64,000 bases of DNA from Abditibacteriaceae bacterium (GCA_965277285.1 OZ255721.1:2368001-2432000), one strand, 5' to 3'; positions 1 to 10,575 are shown, counted from the first letter of the stretch. Numbers and translations are program-made. The notes: generated by a model not told the origin, from the sequence alone.

Positions 1-735
1 AGCAGCCCAAGAACTCTCCTCGGCTTTGCCACCCGCGAGGTCGAACACCAAATCCATCTGACCCGTCAGTTCTTGGAGCTGATCCGTGTTGTAGTCGATG
101 GCTACGTCGGCACCCAACTCCCGAAGGAATTCTGTGTTTTTGCCGGATGCGGTCGCGTAGACGGTCGCACCGAGCCGATGGGCGAACTGGACGGCGAAGT
201 GGCCAACCCCACCAGACCCTCCCTGAATCAACACGCGCTGACCTGGTTGCATTTCACCCTGAGTTATCAGACCGTGCCAGGCCGTCATCGCTGCCAGAGG
301 AACCGCCCCCGCATCGGCGAGCGGAATGGATTGAGGAGACGCGGCCACTTCGTCCGCGCGAAGACAGACATACTCGGCGAATGTGCCCCGACTATAATTG
401 GCGAGCGTGCCCGGATCTGCCCCGGGAAAGCCATAAACCGCATCGCCGACTTTCCAATCGGTAACACCCAGGCCTAACTCTTCCACAAGACCGCTGGCGT
501 CGAAGCCGAGCAACAGCGGCAGGCGCTCTGCCGGGAACATCTGTGGGATTTCGCCAGCGCGGGCTTTGACATCAACAGGGTTCACACTTGTCCCTGCAAT
601 CCGAACGAGCACTTCTCCGGGTTTGGGTGATGGCCGTTCGATCTCTTCCAGGCGAAACTGATCGACTCCTCCAAACTGGGGCAGCATCATCGCCTTCATC
701 TTCTTCGCTGCATTTTTATTTGAGTTCTGTGGCAT
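1..735 (-). CDS. NADP-dependent oxidoreductase, MDR/quinone oxidoreductase family (runs off left edge)
   Basis: Manual translation MPQNSNKNAAKKMKAMMLPQFGG...SVNPVDVK...VLIQGGSGGVGHFAVQFA; AGAGGAG RBS; absent from ORF track because the stop is outside the window. Confidence 0.85.
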   Translation of the reverse strand, partial: MPQNSNKNAAKKMKAMMLPQFGGVDQFRLEEIERPSPKPGEVLVRIAGTSVNPVDVKARAGEIPQMFPAERLPLLLGFDASGLVEELGLGVTDWKVGDAVYGFPGADPGTLANYSRGTFAEYVCLRADEVAASPQSIPLADAGAVPLAAMTAWHGLITQGEMQPGQRVLIQGGSGGVGHFAVQFAHRLGATVYATASGKNTEFLRELGADVAIDYNTDQLQELTGQMDLVFDLAGGKAEESSWAA

Positions 736-889
736 AGCCAAATCTCCTCTTCTGTGATATTGCGGCTAATGAATCGTGCTTGTCTTATCCAGTACAGAAG
801 TCAGCTCATAAACATCCAGCGCGGCGCGCCATGCCTTCAGGCGGACTTCTAAATGTTTGCGGAATGGCACGATGTCGCTCCATGTGACA

Positions 890-1639
890 TCACCACGCGA
901 CCGGACCGTCCTCGTCCGAGAAGGTGCCCGTTGGTCCATCCGGGCCGATGAGCGCGAGGCGAACGGCTTCTCGCGCGCCTTCTTCCACGCTGCGTGTGCC
1001 GTTGAAGTTGTTGAGAGCCGTCTTCGTGAAACCGGGACACGCCGCGTTGACCTTGATGTTCGTTGACTCAAGCGCGAGGGCAAAAGCGAGCATGACGGCG
1101 TGAGACGCCGATTTGGACACCGAATAGTTGCCGAACATCGCGCGGTGCGGGTTCGTGGGATCCGAGTTCAACGTGAGCGAGCCACCTGAGCTTCCGATGT
1201 TGACGATGCGCCCCGCTGGCGCTTCGCGCAGGAGCGGCAGCATCGCTTGTGTTACGGCGATGACGCCGAACACGTTCGTCTCGAAGACTGCGCGCACATC
1301 TTCTATCGGAGCAGTAGCGAGCGAATTAACGTCGCCCAGGTTCTCGAATTTCCTGCCGGGTCTGCCCGCGTGCGAGATACCCGCGTTGTTCACCAGCACA
1401 TCGAGTCGCCCGAACTCACCCCGAACGCGCTCGGCTGCGGCGTTGATGGAAGCCTCATCTGTCACGTCGAGTTGAAGGGCGTGGGCATCGACTCCAATGC
1501 TCTTCGCGGCTTTCTCCCCATTCTCAAAGTTGCGCGACCCGACGAGCACGGTGAAGCCGTGCGCCGCGAGGTCTTTGGCGATTTGCAGTCCGATTCCTTG
1601 GTTGGCCCCGGTAATCAGGGCCACAGGTTTGTCTTGCAT
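890..1639 (-). CDS. Short-chain dehydrogenase/reductase (carbonyl reductase-like)
   Basis: TGANQGIG, NNAG, YSVSK motifs; start MQDKPVAL with GAGG RBS. Confidence 0.9.
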   Translation of the reverse strand: MQDKPVALITGANQGIGLQIAKDLAAHGFTVLVGSRNFENGEKAAKSIGVDAHALQLDVTDEASINAAAERVRGEFGRLDVLVNNAGISHAGRPGRKFENLGDVNSLATAPIEDVRAVFETNVFGVIAVTQAMLPLLREAPAGRIVNIGSSGGSLTLNSDPTNPHRAMFGNYSVSKSASHAVMLAFALALESTNIKVNAACPGFTKTALNNFNGTRSVEEGAREAVRLALIGPDGPTGTFSDEDGPVAW

Positions 1640-1734
1640 TGTGATTTCCTCAACTATTCGAGTACTCGACTCTGACCCTGGGGTCACATTTTTCGTTTGT
1701 GTTGCAATGGGAATTCCTTAAATAGAGCCGCGTT

Positions 1735-2487
1735 TTACAAATGGATTCCGCCTGCCACTTCGATGCGCTGGCCGTTGATCCAGCGCATCTCGTCTGACAA
1801 GAGCGAGGCCACCACACCGCCGATGTCGTCGGGCTGCCCGACGCGCCCCAGCGCCGTCTGCCCCGCGATCTGCTGGTTCAATTCTTTGTTGTCGCGCACA
1901 TGACCCCCGCCGAAGTCGGTCTCGATGGCGCCCGGCGCGACCACGTTGACCGCGATGCCGCGCGACCCCAGCTCTTTGGCGAGATAACGCGAAAGCACTT
2001 CGACCGCGCCTTTCATCGACGCATAGGTGCTGGAACCAGGGTAGGAAAAGCGCGCCAAACCCGATGATATGTTGATGATGCGCCCGCCATCCGCCATCAG
2101 CGGCAATAGCTTCTGTGTCAGGAAAAACACGCCTTTGAAGTGAATGTCCACCATCTGGTCGAACTGTTCTTCAGTTGTTTCGGCAAAGGGTGCATAAAAG
2201 CCGACGCCCGCGTTGTTGACCAGAAAGTCGAAGCTGTCGCGTCCCCACGTCGCTTGCAGTGCTTCTTTGACTTGATTTGCGAACGCGTCAAAGGTGCGGC
2301 TTTGCGATACGTCGAGTTGCAGCGCGACGGCTTTACGTCCCATCGCTTCGATTTGCGCCACAACAGCCTGCGCTTCGTCTTCTTTCGAGTGGTAAGTCAA
2401 GATGACATCCCGCTCTCTGGCCGCTAATTGCAGCGCCATGTCCCGGCCCAGCCCGCGACTTCCACCTGTTACAATGGCGATTTTCAT
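1735..2487 (-). CDS. SDR family oxidoreductase
   Basis: TGGSRGLG, NNAG, YASMK motifs. Confidence 0.92.
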   Translation of the reverse strand: MKIAIVTGGSRGLGRDMALQLAARERDVILTYHSKEDEAQAVVAQIEAMGRKAVALQLDVSQSRTFDAFANQVKEALQATWGRDSFDFLVNNAGVGFYAPFAETTEEQFDQMVDIHFKGVFFLTQKLLPLMADGGRIINISSGLARFSYPGSSTYASMKGAVEVLSRYLAKELGSRGIAVNVVAPGAIETDFGGGHVRDNKELNQQIAGQTALGRVGQPDDIGGVVASLLSDEMRWINGQRIEVAGGIHL

Positions 2488-2530
2488 GTTTTGTTTCCTC
2501 CATCTCCCCTTGGGGATCGTGTTAGTATAC

Positions 2531-2545
2531 GATACGCATCGTATC
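2531..2545. promoter_or_regulatory. Probable TetR operator between divergent SDR and TetR genes
   Basis: Inverted repeat GATACG-CAT-CGTATC in the divergent intergenic region. Confidence 0.55.
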
Positions 2546-2608
2546 TATTGTCAAGAGTCGAGTATAATCTTTGCGGCGCCAAAACGTGTCAGCCTTTGGG
2601 AGGTGAAG

Positions 2609-3208
2609 ATGAGCGAGGTAGAAGACCAAAAGAAGCGTGGTGGAAGGCCGCGCAATCGGGATACGACAGCGGCTATTTTGTCGGCGTCGCTCGACTTAAT
2701 GGAAGAAGTGGGCTTCAAGGCGGTGACGATGGAAGGTATCGCGGTGCGGGCGGGTGTCACGAAAACGACGGTTTACCGCCGTTGGCCAAACGCCTGGGCG
2801 ATTGCCCTGGATGCGTTTCTTCAAGAGATCGCGCCCGTCCTGGAAATCGCGCCACAGGCGACTTTGCGTGCAACGGTAAGCGCAGATATGAAGGCGCTGG
2901 CGGCGGCTTTTCGTGGCCGGCCTGGGCGAGTTTTTGCGCCGCTTCTGGGTGTGGCGCAATTCAACTCCGAACTGCGCGAAGCCTTATGGGATCGCTACAT
3001 CGCGCCCCGCCGCGCTCAGGTACAGGCGGTCTTTCTCACAGCAGAGCAAGCCGATGAAGTGCGCCCGGAATTGGAGGCCGACACGGTGATCGATGCCCTT
3101 TATGGGAGTTTGGTCTACAAGCTTCTGGTACCGCACGGCGCGTTGTCAGACGAGTATGTGGACGCGCTTGTGGCGTGTGTTTTTGAAGGTGTTACGCCCA
3201 AGTCGTAA
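2609..3208 (+). CDS. TetR/AcrR family transcriptional regulator
   Basis: GGRPR...VTMEGIAVRAGVTKTTVYRRW HTH; GGAGG RBS before ATG 2609. Confidence 0.92.
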   Translation: MSEVEDQKKRGGRPRNRDTTAAILSASLDLMEEVGFKAVTMEGIAVRAGVTKTTVYRRWPNAWAIALDAFLQEIAPVLEIAPQATLRATVSADMKALAAAFRGRPGRVFAPLLGVAQFNSELREALWDRYIAPRRAQVQAVFLTAEQADEVRPELEADTVIDALYGSLVYKLLVPHGALSDEYVDALVACVFEGVTPKS

Positions 3209-3378
3209 CTCTCGTCAAAGAACTGCTGTGACCAAGATAAACTTGATTTCACCACCTGTAAAACAAAGGAGGCTTTTACACTGGCAGAGAGGGAGCGAGG
3301 AATATAATAGAAGTCAGCAAGGTTTCATCAATATCGAGTACTCGATTGCAACAAAGTGTGGTTATCAACCAGTAAGTT

Positions 3379-4112
3379 ATGATGACGAAACATAATTGGA
3401 AAGGCTCCTGGCGGCCCGACGCTTTCATCATGCTGACCAAAAGTCTGCGGACTTCGGGGTTCCTGTGGGCTCTTCCGCCCGAAGATTTAAAAACTTTTTT
3501 ACTGCTTTTGGCATTTATCACTCCAGAGGGCCGTTGCGCAGTCGACGTCCTACCAATGGCCTCAGCGTTACATTTATCGCCGTCGAAAGCGCAAGTTCAG
3601 TTGGAAAGGTTGCGGGCTTTGCGATGGAAGGGACAGCCCGTCGTTCTTTCCCACCATGCCGATAGCGGTCTGGAAATCTTTGGACTCGCGCCTGGTTTTC
3701 TGCCGGTCAACGAAGAGGAAACCAAGCCTAAAGCTCTCGAAGTTTTGAAAACCGTGCCGCGCGACATCGTTATCGAGTACTCGCGGCGTAGATATGGGCG
3801 ACCGCGCGCCGAAGTCGAGCGCCAGATCGCAGAACTTAACAACTGGGACTTGCCGCAGGAAACAGCCGCAACGCTGGAAACCCTTCACTGGAAACCCTTC
3901 AATCGAAGAACCCTGCTCTGGCAAACTCCCAGCGAACCCTCGTGCGAAGGCAATTGCTGCGCGCTGGTCTTTTGTCGGAACAAGCCGACGAACTCCTGGC
4001 TCAGTTCGATCTGGTGCGCATTCAACGTCAATTGATGTGGCTGCCCCAGCGCGCCGTGCGCAATTGCGAAATCGAGCAGATGAAAGCCTGGCAAAAGCAG
4101 TGGGGTTACTAA
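3379..4112 (+). pseudogene. Frameshifted HTH/replication-initiator-like gene
   Basis: 14-bp tandem duplication CTGGAAACCCTTCA (3874-3887, 3888-3901); removing one copy restores a frame ending ...RRQLLRAGLLSEQADELLAQFDLVRIQRQLMWLPQR...WGY* at 4112. Confidence 0.6.
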
Positions 4113-4158
4113 ACGCCAACCAACGGTCCACTCCCTCCTTCAATTCTTTTGCAGTTCG

Positions 4159-4193
4159 CAAAAAGCCCGCAGCTATGAAACTGCGGGCTTTTT
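4159..4193. terminator. Bidirectional rho-independent terminator
   Basis: AAAAAGCCCGCAG-loop-CTGCGGGCTTTTT between convergent genes. Confidence 0.8.
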
Positions 4194-4225
4194 GTTCTGC
4201 CTCCCCGAATTGTCACTGCCGCGTT

Positions 4226-4495
4226 CTAATTATGGGAATGGCTTTGCGGGGCGTTCTCCAACGGCGCCTGTTGAGCGCCCACGTCGCCGTGCCGCACCAG
4301 CTTCATGCCGCAAATCGAGCAATTCGCCGCAGGATCGGTGCTTGTAATCCACGGGTGCATCGGGCACTCATAAAGAGGTTTGCCTTCGGGATCAACGGCC
4401 TTCGAGCCCTCATCACGCCCGCCGAAGAAAAACCACAGCGTGAAGGCGATGAGCACCAGGCCGATAACGACCACGAAAATTTCTGCCGTATCCAT
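4226..4495 (-). CDS. Small membrane protein with heavy-metal-binding domain
   Basis: N-terminal TM helix then YECPMHP...CSICGMKLV motif; directly downstream of copA. Confidence 0.8.
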   Translation of the reverse strand: MDTAEIFVVVIGLVLIAFTLWFFFGGRDEGSKAVDPEGKPLYECPMHPWITSTDPAANCSICGMKLVRHGDVGAQQAPLENAPQSHSHN

Positions 4496-4497
4496 CT

Positions 4498-7137
4498 TTA
4501 GCTCCTTTCGATTTTGAAGCCGCGCAAACGCAGAGCATTGGTGAGGACGCTCACGCTGGATAACGCCATCGCCAGCGACGCCAGAATCGGGCTGAGCAAG
4601 TGGCCGGTCAACGGATACAGCAAACCTGCCGCAATCGGGATTCCCAGCACGTTGTAGAAGAAAGCGAAGAACAAGTTTTGCTTGATGTTGCGCACGGTGG
4701 CTTTGGACAGCGCAATGCTGGAGGCCACGCCGTTCAGGTTGCCGCGCACCAGCGTGATGTCAGCGGCTTCGATGGCCACGTCGGTTCCGCTGCCCATCGC
4801 AATGCCGACATCGGCCTGCGCCAGAGCGGGCGCGTCGTTGAGGCCGTCGCCAACCATCGCTACGATCTTGCCCTCGCTTTGCAAACGCTTGATTTCCGCG
4901 CTTTTGCCATCCGGCAGCACTTCTGCGAGTACTCGATCAACCCCGACCTGGCGCGCAATCGCTTCCGCCGTCGCCTGGTTGTCGCCCGTCATCATCACAA
5001 CTTCCAGTCCCAGCGCGTGCAGTTTCCTAATCGCGTGGCGCGACGATTCCTTGATCGGATCGGCCACAGCAAGGATTGCGGCAAATTTGCCATCAACCGC
5101 TAAGAAGATCGGCGTTTTCGCATCGCGCGCCAGTTCTTGCGCGGCAACTTCATCAATGGATATGGCATCAATGGATATGGCACGGTCGCGCATCAGTTTG
5201 GCGTTGCCAACGAGTACGCGATGTCCGTCGACAGTGGCTTCCAGACCGTGTCCCGCAATGGCGTCGAAGCCTTGCGGCTGCGAAAGTGCCAAGCCTTTTT
5301 CCTGAGCCGACCTGACCATCGCCTCGCCCAAAGGATGCTCGCTGCCACGTTCGGCGGAAGCGGCCAGGCGCAAAACTTCGCCGCTCTCGAAGCCGTTATG
5401 CGGCACAATATCGGTGACTTTTGGCTGGCCTTCGGTGATCGTGCCGGTTTTGTCGAGCACAATTGTGTTCAGTTTGTGCGCCGTTTCCAGCGCCTCGCCG
5501 CCTTTGATGAGAATGCCAGCTTGCGCGCCGCGTCCAGTGCCGACCATGATCGCAGTCGGCGTCGCTAATCCCAGCGCGCACGGACACGCGATAATCAGCA
5601 CGGAAACGAAAGTTAAAAGCGCCATCGCGAGACGCGTGTCGACGGGCGCGGCCACGAACCAGATCATAAAAGTGGCGATGGCGATGCAAATGACAATCGG
5701 CACAAAAATGCCGGAAATGCGGTCGGCCAGCCTTTGAATCGGCGCTTTGGAACCTTGCGCATCAACCACCAATCGCACGATCTGCTGCAAAGCCGTATCA
5801 CTACCGACTTTAGTGGCGCGCAAGCGAAAAGCGCCGGTGCCGTTCAGCGTCGCGCCGAAAACCGTGTCGCCCGCTTTCTTTTCGATAGGCAAAGGTTCGC
5901 CGGTCAGCATGCTTTCGTTGACCGAAGACGAACCGTCCACCACTTCGCCATCGACCGGCACTTTTTCACCGGGACGCACCAGAACGACATCGCCCATTTG
6001 CACTTGCTCAATCGGGATGTCCTGTTCAGTTCCATTTCTTTCCACGCGCGCAGTTTTGGCCTGCAACCCCATCAAGGCACGAATGGCGCTGCCAGTTTGG
6101 GCGCGAGCGCGGGCTTCCAACAAACGTCCCATCAAAATCAAGGTCACAACGATGGCCGCGACTTCATAATAAACACCGACTGGCGCGTTCATGGACGACA
6201 TTGGCGGCATGACGCCCGAGGATCGAGTACTCGATGCGACTGCCGCGACATGAAACCACTGCGGCGCAACAGTCACAGCCAAGCTGTAAAGATAGGCCGA
6301 CAAAGTGCCGATAGAAACGAGCGTATTCATATCGGCGGCGCGGTGTTTGGCCGCCATCCACGCGCCGCTGAAAAACTCGCGTCCCGCCCAGAATAAAACC
6401 GGTGTCGTCAAAACGAGTTCAAGCCAGGTGCGGCCAGAGAAATTGAGCGCCTCTTCCCAACGGGGAACCAGATGTCCCGCCATCGCCAAAAAAGCCACGG
6501 GAATTGTCAGCGCCAACGCGAAGAGAAACTTTTGTTTTTGGGCGCGATATTCCGCAGCGCGCGCTTTGGTTTCGGTGTTGCGGGTTTCTTCCGAGGTGGC
6601 GGCAGTAGAAAGTCCGTCAGCGGGAGGCGATGAGGCAACGATAGCATCGTAACCCGCCTTTTTAATGACATCGCGCAAAGCCACAGGGTTGGTGACCTGG
6701 GAATCATAATGCACTGTCGCGCGCGTGGTAGCGAAATTGACGTTGGCTTCTTCCACGCCGCGCGCGCGACCGAGCGCCTTCTCGATGCGCGTCGCGCACG
6801 CCGCGCAATGCATTCCGAGCAATGGCAAATCGGCGCATTCGCGGGCAAGGCTGCGGGCAGGCTGCGGGTCGGCGGCGAGATTTTCAGATCGGGCGTTCGC
6901 GTCCGGTTTAGAGACGACCGAAGATTCTTCTGCAATGTCGCCTTCATGCGCTGTGTTAGACAACTTGCCCACGAATCGCGCCGCATCGGCATCGAACTTT
7001 TGCAGGCAATCTTTCGAGCAAAAGAAGAGCGTCGCGCCCTGGTAGCTGCGCGTTCCTGCCGCTTCGCTCGGATCAATGGTCATTCCGCAAACCGGATCAA
7101 TGACCCGGGTTGGCGGCGTGTGGATGGAAGTGGTCAT
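4498..7137 (-). CDS. copA: Copper-exporting P1B-type ATPase with N-terminal YHS and HMA domains
   Basis: DPVCGM (YHS), GMHCAAC (HMA), TGE, CPC, DKTGT, SEHP, GDGLND, YN...MALSS motifs. Confidence 0.95.
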   Translation of the reverse strand: MTTSIHTPPTRVIDPVCGMTIDPSEAAGTRSYQGATLFFCSKDCLQKFDADAARFVGKLSNTAHEGDIAEESSVVSKPDANARSENLAADPQPARSLARECADLPLLGMHCAACATRIEKALGRARGVEEANVNFATTRATVHYDSQVTNPVALRDVIKKAGYDAIVASSPPADGLSTAATSEETRNTETKARAAEYRAQKQKFLFALALTIPVAFLAMAGHLVPRWEEALNFSGRTWLELVLTTPVLFWAGREFFSGAWMAAKHRAADMNTLVSIGTLSAYLYSLAVTVAPQWFHVAAVASSTRSSGVMPPMSSMNAPVGVYYEVAAIVVTLILMGRLLEARARAQTGSAIRALMGLQAKTARVERNGTEQDIPIEQVQMGDVVLVRPGEKVPVDGEVVDGSSSVNESMLTGEPLPIEKKAGDTVFGATLNGTGAFRLRATKVGSDTALQQIVRLVVDAQGSKAPIQRLADRISGIFVPIVICIAIATFMIWFVAAPVDTRLAMALLTFVSVLIIACPCALGLATPTAIMVGTGRGAQAGILIKGGEALETAHKLNTIVLDKTGTITEGQPKVTDIVPHNGFESGEVLRLAASAERGSEHPLGEAMVRSAQEKGLALSQPQGFDAIAGHGLEATVDGHRVLVGNAKLMRDRAISIDAISIDEVAAQELARDAKTPIFLAVDGKFAAILAVADPIKESSRHAIRKLHALGLEVVMMTGDNQATAEAIARQVGVDRVLAEVLPDGKSAEIKRLQSEGKIVAMVGDGLNDAPALAQADVGIAMGSGTDVAIEAADITLVRGNLNGVASSIALSKATVRNIKQNLFFAFFYNVLGIPIAAGLLYPLTGHLLSPILASLAMALSSVSVLTNALRLRGFKIERS

Positions 7138-7175
7138 ATTCTGCCTTGGTTTACTTTTCAACCCCATGGAATCGA

Positions 7176-7466
7176 TCACTTGAGGAATCGCGCCAGTGCC
7201 GTTTGCACTTCTGCCAGCAACTCTTCCCGCGTCAGGGGTTTGGCGCAATGATGCTGCGCTTCTGTGCCCTGCCCCATGACGCAGGTTTCTAAATGGTTTG
7301 TGAGCATCTCAATTCCTACCGCGTCCAGAGCCGAACGCACTGCGGCGATTTGAGCGAGGACATCCAAGCAATAACGGTCTTCAACGACCATGCGATGAAT
7401 TCCTTCGACTTGCCCGGCGACGCGGTTGAGACGCGACTTTACTTTTTTTCGCGCATCTTCATTCAT
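7176..7466 (-). CDS. csoR: CsoR family metal-sensitive repressor
   Basis: [12 protein letters not shown]...[17 protein letters not shown]...HLETCV. Confidence 0.92.
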   Translation of the reverse strand: MNEDARKKVKSRLNRVAGQVEGIHRMVVEDRYCLDVLAQIAAVRSALDAVGIEMLTNHLETCVMGQGTEAQHHCAKPLTREELLAEVQTALARFLK

Positions 7467-7689
7467 GGGGGTTTATTACGGCGGCTTGATAACCGGCCTC
7501 TGTGACCACTTTCATCAATTGCTGCGGCATGCGGCCGGAATGTTTCACGGTCGCTTGGCACGTTGCCAAATCGACAATGACTTCCTGCGCTCCCGGCAAG
7601 TCTTCAAGCGCCCGCTTTACATGCGCAACACAAGCCCCGCAATTCATGCCGGTAACTTTAAGGTGAGTCGTTTGTAGGGTGCTTTGCAT
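7459..7689 (-). CDS. copZ: Copper chaperone, HMA domain
   Basis: VTGMNCGACVAHVKRAL, 76 aa, first gene of the copper operon. Confidence 0.85.
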   Translation of the reverse strand: MQSTLQTTHLKVTGMNCGACVAHVKRALEDLPGAQEVIVDLATCQATVKHSGRMPQQLMKVVTEAGYQAAVINPHE

Positions 7690-7709
7690 CTTTTCTCCCC
7701 TTATCCTCC

Positions 7710-7765
7710 ATACCCCTCACGGGTATCTATAGAAAGAATATACAGCCGTAGGGTATATGCGTCAA
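7710..7765 (-). promoter_or_regulatory. cop operon promoter with two CsoR-type operators
   Basis: ATACCCCTCACGGGTAT (7710-7726) and ATACAGCCGTAGGGTAT (7740-7756) resemble ATAC-C/G tract-GTAT CsoR sites; minus-strand TTGACG-N17-TATATT overlaps the second. Confidence 0.7.
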
Positions 7766-7843
7766 GGGCGCAGCAAGGCCGAGGGAACAAATTCATCAGT
7801 CTTTGCGAATCTTTCAGTTCGCAGCAACAGAGACAGGAGCTTG

Positions 7844-8129
7844 TTACAAGAAGGGCGCGAGGGCGGTTTTAACTTCCGTCAGAAGTTCTTCTTTGCTCAG
7901 AGGCTTAGCGCATTCGTGCTCGCTGCCTGTGCCATGTCCAACGACACAGCAGCGGATGTGATTGGTCAAAAGTTCAACGCCCAAGCTGTCCAGAGCAGCA
8001 CGCGCAGCAGAGATTTGGTCGAGGATTTCGAGGCAGTAGCGGTCGTCATCCACCATTTTCCGATGCCGTTGAGCTGGCCGGCAATTCGATTGACGCGCGA
8101 TTTGATTTTTTGGTTTGTTCAGCGTTCAT
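7844..8129 (-). pseudogene. csoR: Second csoR copy with two single-base A-run deletions
   Basis: MNAEQTKK/(I)KSRVNRIAGQLNGIG/(K)MVDDDRYCLEILDQISAARAAL...HIRCCV is split over three frames. Confidence 0.75.
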
Positions 8130-8300
8130 AACGTTGGCATTCAGATTAACAAAACTGGTCTATTGTATGACGATGTAACGAGAACCGCGAAGTTTCTCTT
8201 TACACTCTAAAGCACTGTTCCGGAATCGTTTCGGTAGAGAAGATTTCCTTCGAGTACTTCAGAAGAACGGCGCCTCGCCCGTTTTTTCTTCATGTACGAA

Positions 8301-8338
8301 AACCGTGCCGCTATCGAGTACTCGATAGCGGCACGGTT
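8301..8338. repeat. Perfect 38-bp palindrome centred on the iterated palindrome
   Basis: AACCGTGCCGCTATCGAGT|ACTCGATAGCGGCACGGTT. Confidence 0.95.
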
Positions 8339-8393
8339 CACCAACGTTCGTTGAGCAGCTTTGGTTTGGCCTTACTCGCTATAGAAGCCTTGG

Positions 8394-8597
8394 TTAAAAC
8401 GTTCCGACAGGATACAAACGCTTGATCGTGTCCAGGGCATCACCCAATCCTGACAGGTTGTCCTGCGTGTCTTGCAAGTTGTTGACGTCGCCCGCTTTGT
8501 CCAACAGACCAGCCAACTGCTCGACGTTTTTGACTTGTGTGCCCAAAGCCTTCTGCTTGTCCGCTGGTAAGTTGGCGCGATCCGGCGTCAGTTCTTC
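8394..8597 (-). pseudogene. 3' fragment of a helical protein gene, truncated next to the IS-end array
   Basis: Open frame EELTPDRANLPADKQKALGTQVKNVEQLAGLLDKAGD...LDTIKRLYPVGTF* with no start codon; breaks ~15 bp from the first IS end. Confidence 0.45.
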
Positions 8598-8613
8598 CTA
8601 TAATGGTTAATAT

Positions 8614-9331
8614 TAGGATGTTTCAAAAGGGGTAAATTATACTTCTGAGTATGCTAAAAATCGTCTATGAAAGCGACCTTTCGGACGTGGAATGGGGCTT
8701 TTTGAAGCCTCTGGTACCGGGGCCAAAACCCGGTGGTCGCCCTCCGTCTTGGAGTCGGCGTTGTAATGCCGCACGCGGTGCGGTTGCGTGACATAATAGT
8801 TGATATGAAATGCAAACTGTTCTTATGGCGCCTGCTTGGTTTGGCGTCACTGCTGCTCGTCACTCTATGTGTTGGTTGCAGAAAGGAACCTATCAAACGT
8901 GACTGGAGCCCTCGTGACTGGAGCTCTGGAACGTCAATGAAGGCCGAGCCATTTGCTGTTCAAATCTATCATAATCCATCGTCACTGAAGGGAGTTTCAA
9001 ATGTTCTCTTGCGGGTCAAGGTCAGTCGCGCAGGCAAACCCGTTTCGAATGCAACAGTTCGGGCTCATATGTGGGGGCTTGACCCGCAAGAGATTAATTT
9101 AACCTCAACCGGCGGCAATACTTATGAGGGTGTTGTTGATTTCAGCGACCCAACTTCCTACTGGTATGGGATGATTTTTGTAAGTGCAAATGGGGAAAGA
9201 GGCTCAACCTACTGCTTTAGGTTCAAGGTCTATTAAAGCTGCAGCAGCCTAATAGCACCACAACAAGGTGCAGCACCCGACCGCTTTCGATTGTTCCCGG
9301 CGATTGCTGTAGAGACTTTTGAAACACCCTC
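8614..9331 (+). mobile_element. IS5-family-derived cassette 1 (IRL, transposase 5' stub, lipoprotein passenger, IRR)
   Basis: IRL TAGGATGTTTCAAAAG 8614-8629; stub MLKIVYESDLSDVEWGFLKPLVPGPKPGGRP 8651-8791; IRR CTTTTGAAACACCCTC 9316-9331; TAT on both sides. Confidence 0.75.
8805..9236 (+). CDS. Putative lipoprotein, YtkA/FixH-like Ig fold
   Basis: Signal peptide with lipobox-like CVGC; GKPVSNATVRAHM...GNTYEGVVDF pattern. Confidence 0.6.
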   Translation: MKCKLFLWRLLGLASLLLVTLCVGCRKEPIKRDWSPRDWSSGTSMKAEPFAVQIYHNPSSLKGVSNVLLRVKVSRAGKPVSNATVRAHMWGLDPQEINLTSTGGNTYEGVVDFSDPTSYWYGMIFVSANGERGSTYCFRFKVY

Positions 9332-9334
9332 TAT

Positions 9335-10463
9335 AAGCATGTTTCAAAAGGGTAAAGATACACTTTTAAGTATGCAAAAAATGCTCTATGAAAGCGTCTC
9401 GCTCGGCGGTTGTTGATCACTCCGCTCCTCATTATTGGGCCGCGAATTTCTGCACAAAGGCTGGGTAACGGTCTCCAACAATCGCGCCGCGCGCGAAGGC
9501 TTTGTCAAGCGCGGCCAATTCGTCCGTGCTGAAGCTGATGTCGAGAATCTGAAGATTCTCGGGTAAGCGCGAGCGTCGCTTCATGCCAACCAGCGGAATA
9601 ATATCGTCGCCACGCGAGAGCAGCCAAGCGACTGCCAGTTGCGCCGACGTATAGCCCTTGTCGTCGGCCATCTCCTTCAGGAACGAGGCCGTTGCGAGAT
9701 TATGTTCGAGATTTTCGCCCAGCAGTCGTGGCGCTACCAAACGCGTATTGCCACCAACCGGCTCATTCGTAACCGCCCCACTCAAAAGTCCATCTGCCAG
9801 CACACGATAAGGAACAACTGCGATGCCCAGTTCCCGCGCCGTTGGCAAAATTTCCGGCTCGATGAAACGAGCCGCCAGAGAGTACTCAATCTCCAGCGCG
9901 CTAACGGGATGGACGCTGTGCGCGCGGCGCAGGTGGTCGGCTCCTACCTCGGAAACGCCCAGATAGCGAACTTTACCTTCCTGGATGAGTTCTGCAATCG
10001 CGCCAATCGTTTCTTCGTAGGGCACGTTGGGATCGGGACGACACGGTTGATAAAGGTCAATCACGTTCACGCCCAGACGTTGGAGTGAATAGGTGGCAAA
10101 ATTCTTAATTGAATTCGGTCGGCCTTCGATGCCAAGAAAGGCTCCCGATGGCGACATCATCATGCCACACTTGACGCTAAGGAAGGCTTGCTCCCTCCGT
10201 CCCTTGATCGCGCGACCGACTACAGATTCATTATGTCCCATGCCGTAAAAATCGGCTGTATTGAGCAAATTGATTCCGGCGTCCAGAGCGGCTTGGATTG
10301 TTGCGATGCTTTCCTCATCATTTCTGGGCTGTTGCATCGACATACCGCCACAGCCGAGACCCAGCGCCGAAACCTGCGGCCCATCTTTGCCAAGATGCTT
10401 CATTCTCATCAATGCCTCCGTGTAGACCCTTTGATTTTACCAAAGCCCTTTTGAAACACCCTC
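9335..10463 (+). mobile_element. IS5-family-derived cassette 2 (IRL, stub, aldo/keto reductase passenger, IRR)
   Basis: IRL AAGCATGTTTCAAAAG 9335-9350; stub MQKMLYES from 9372; IRR CTTTTGAAACACCCTC 10448-10463 identical to that of cassette 1. Confidence 0.75.
9432..10409 (-). CDS. Aldo/keto reductase
   Basis: SALGLGCGGM, NTADFYGMGHNE, IDLYQ, GKVRYLGVSE, AQLAVAWLL motifs. Confidence 0.92.
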   Translation of the reverse strand: MRMKHLGKDGPQVSALGLGCGGMSMQQPRNDEESIATIQAALDAGINLLNTADFYGMGHNESVVGRAIKGRREQAFLSVKCGMMMSPSGAFLGIEGRPNSIKNFATYSLQRLGVNVIDLYQPCRPDPNVPYEETIGAIAELIQEGKVRYLGVSEVGADHLRRAHSVHPVSALEIEYSLAARFIEPEILPTARELGIAVVPYRVLADGLLSGAVTNEPVGGNTRLVAPRLLGENLEHNLATASFLKEMADDKGYTSAQLAVAWLLSRGDDIIPLVGMKRRSRLPENLQILDISFSTDELAALDKAFARGAIVGDRYPAFVQKFAAQ

Positions 10464-10466
10464 ATA

Positions 10467-10575
10467 TAGGATCTTTCAAAAGGGTAAAAATACACTCTTT
10501 TGAACATGAAAAACACTCTTAATGACAGCGATTTGACGGACGTAGAATGGCGTCCCGCTTCATGGAAGCGTGATT
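10467..10575 (+). mobile_element. Third IS5-family left end with transposase stub (right end not identified)
   Basis: IRL TAGGATCTTTCAAAAG 10467-10482; stub MKNTLNDSDLTDVEWRPASWKR from 10506. Confidence 0.7.

Noticed and set aside
7137..7248. Extended copA N-terminus from the ORF track (start 7248)
   Set aside because: Overlaps the csoR 3' end; the ATG at 7137 just before the YHS domain is more plausible
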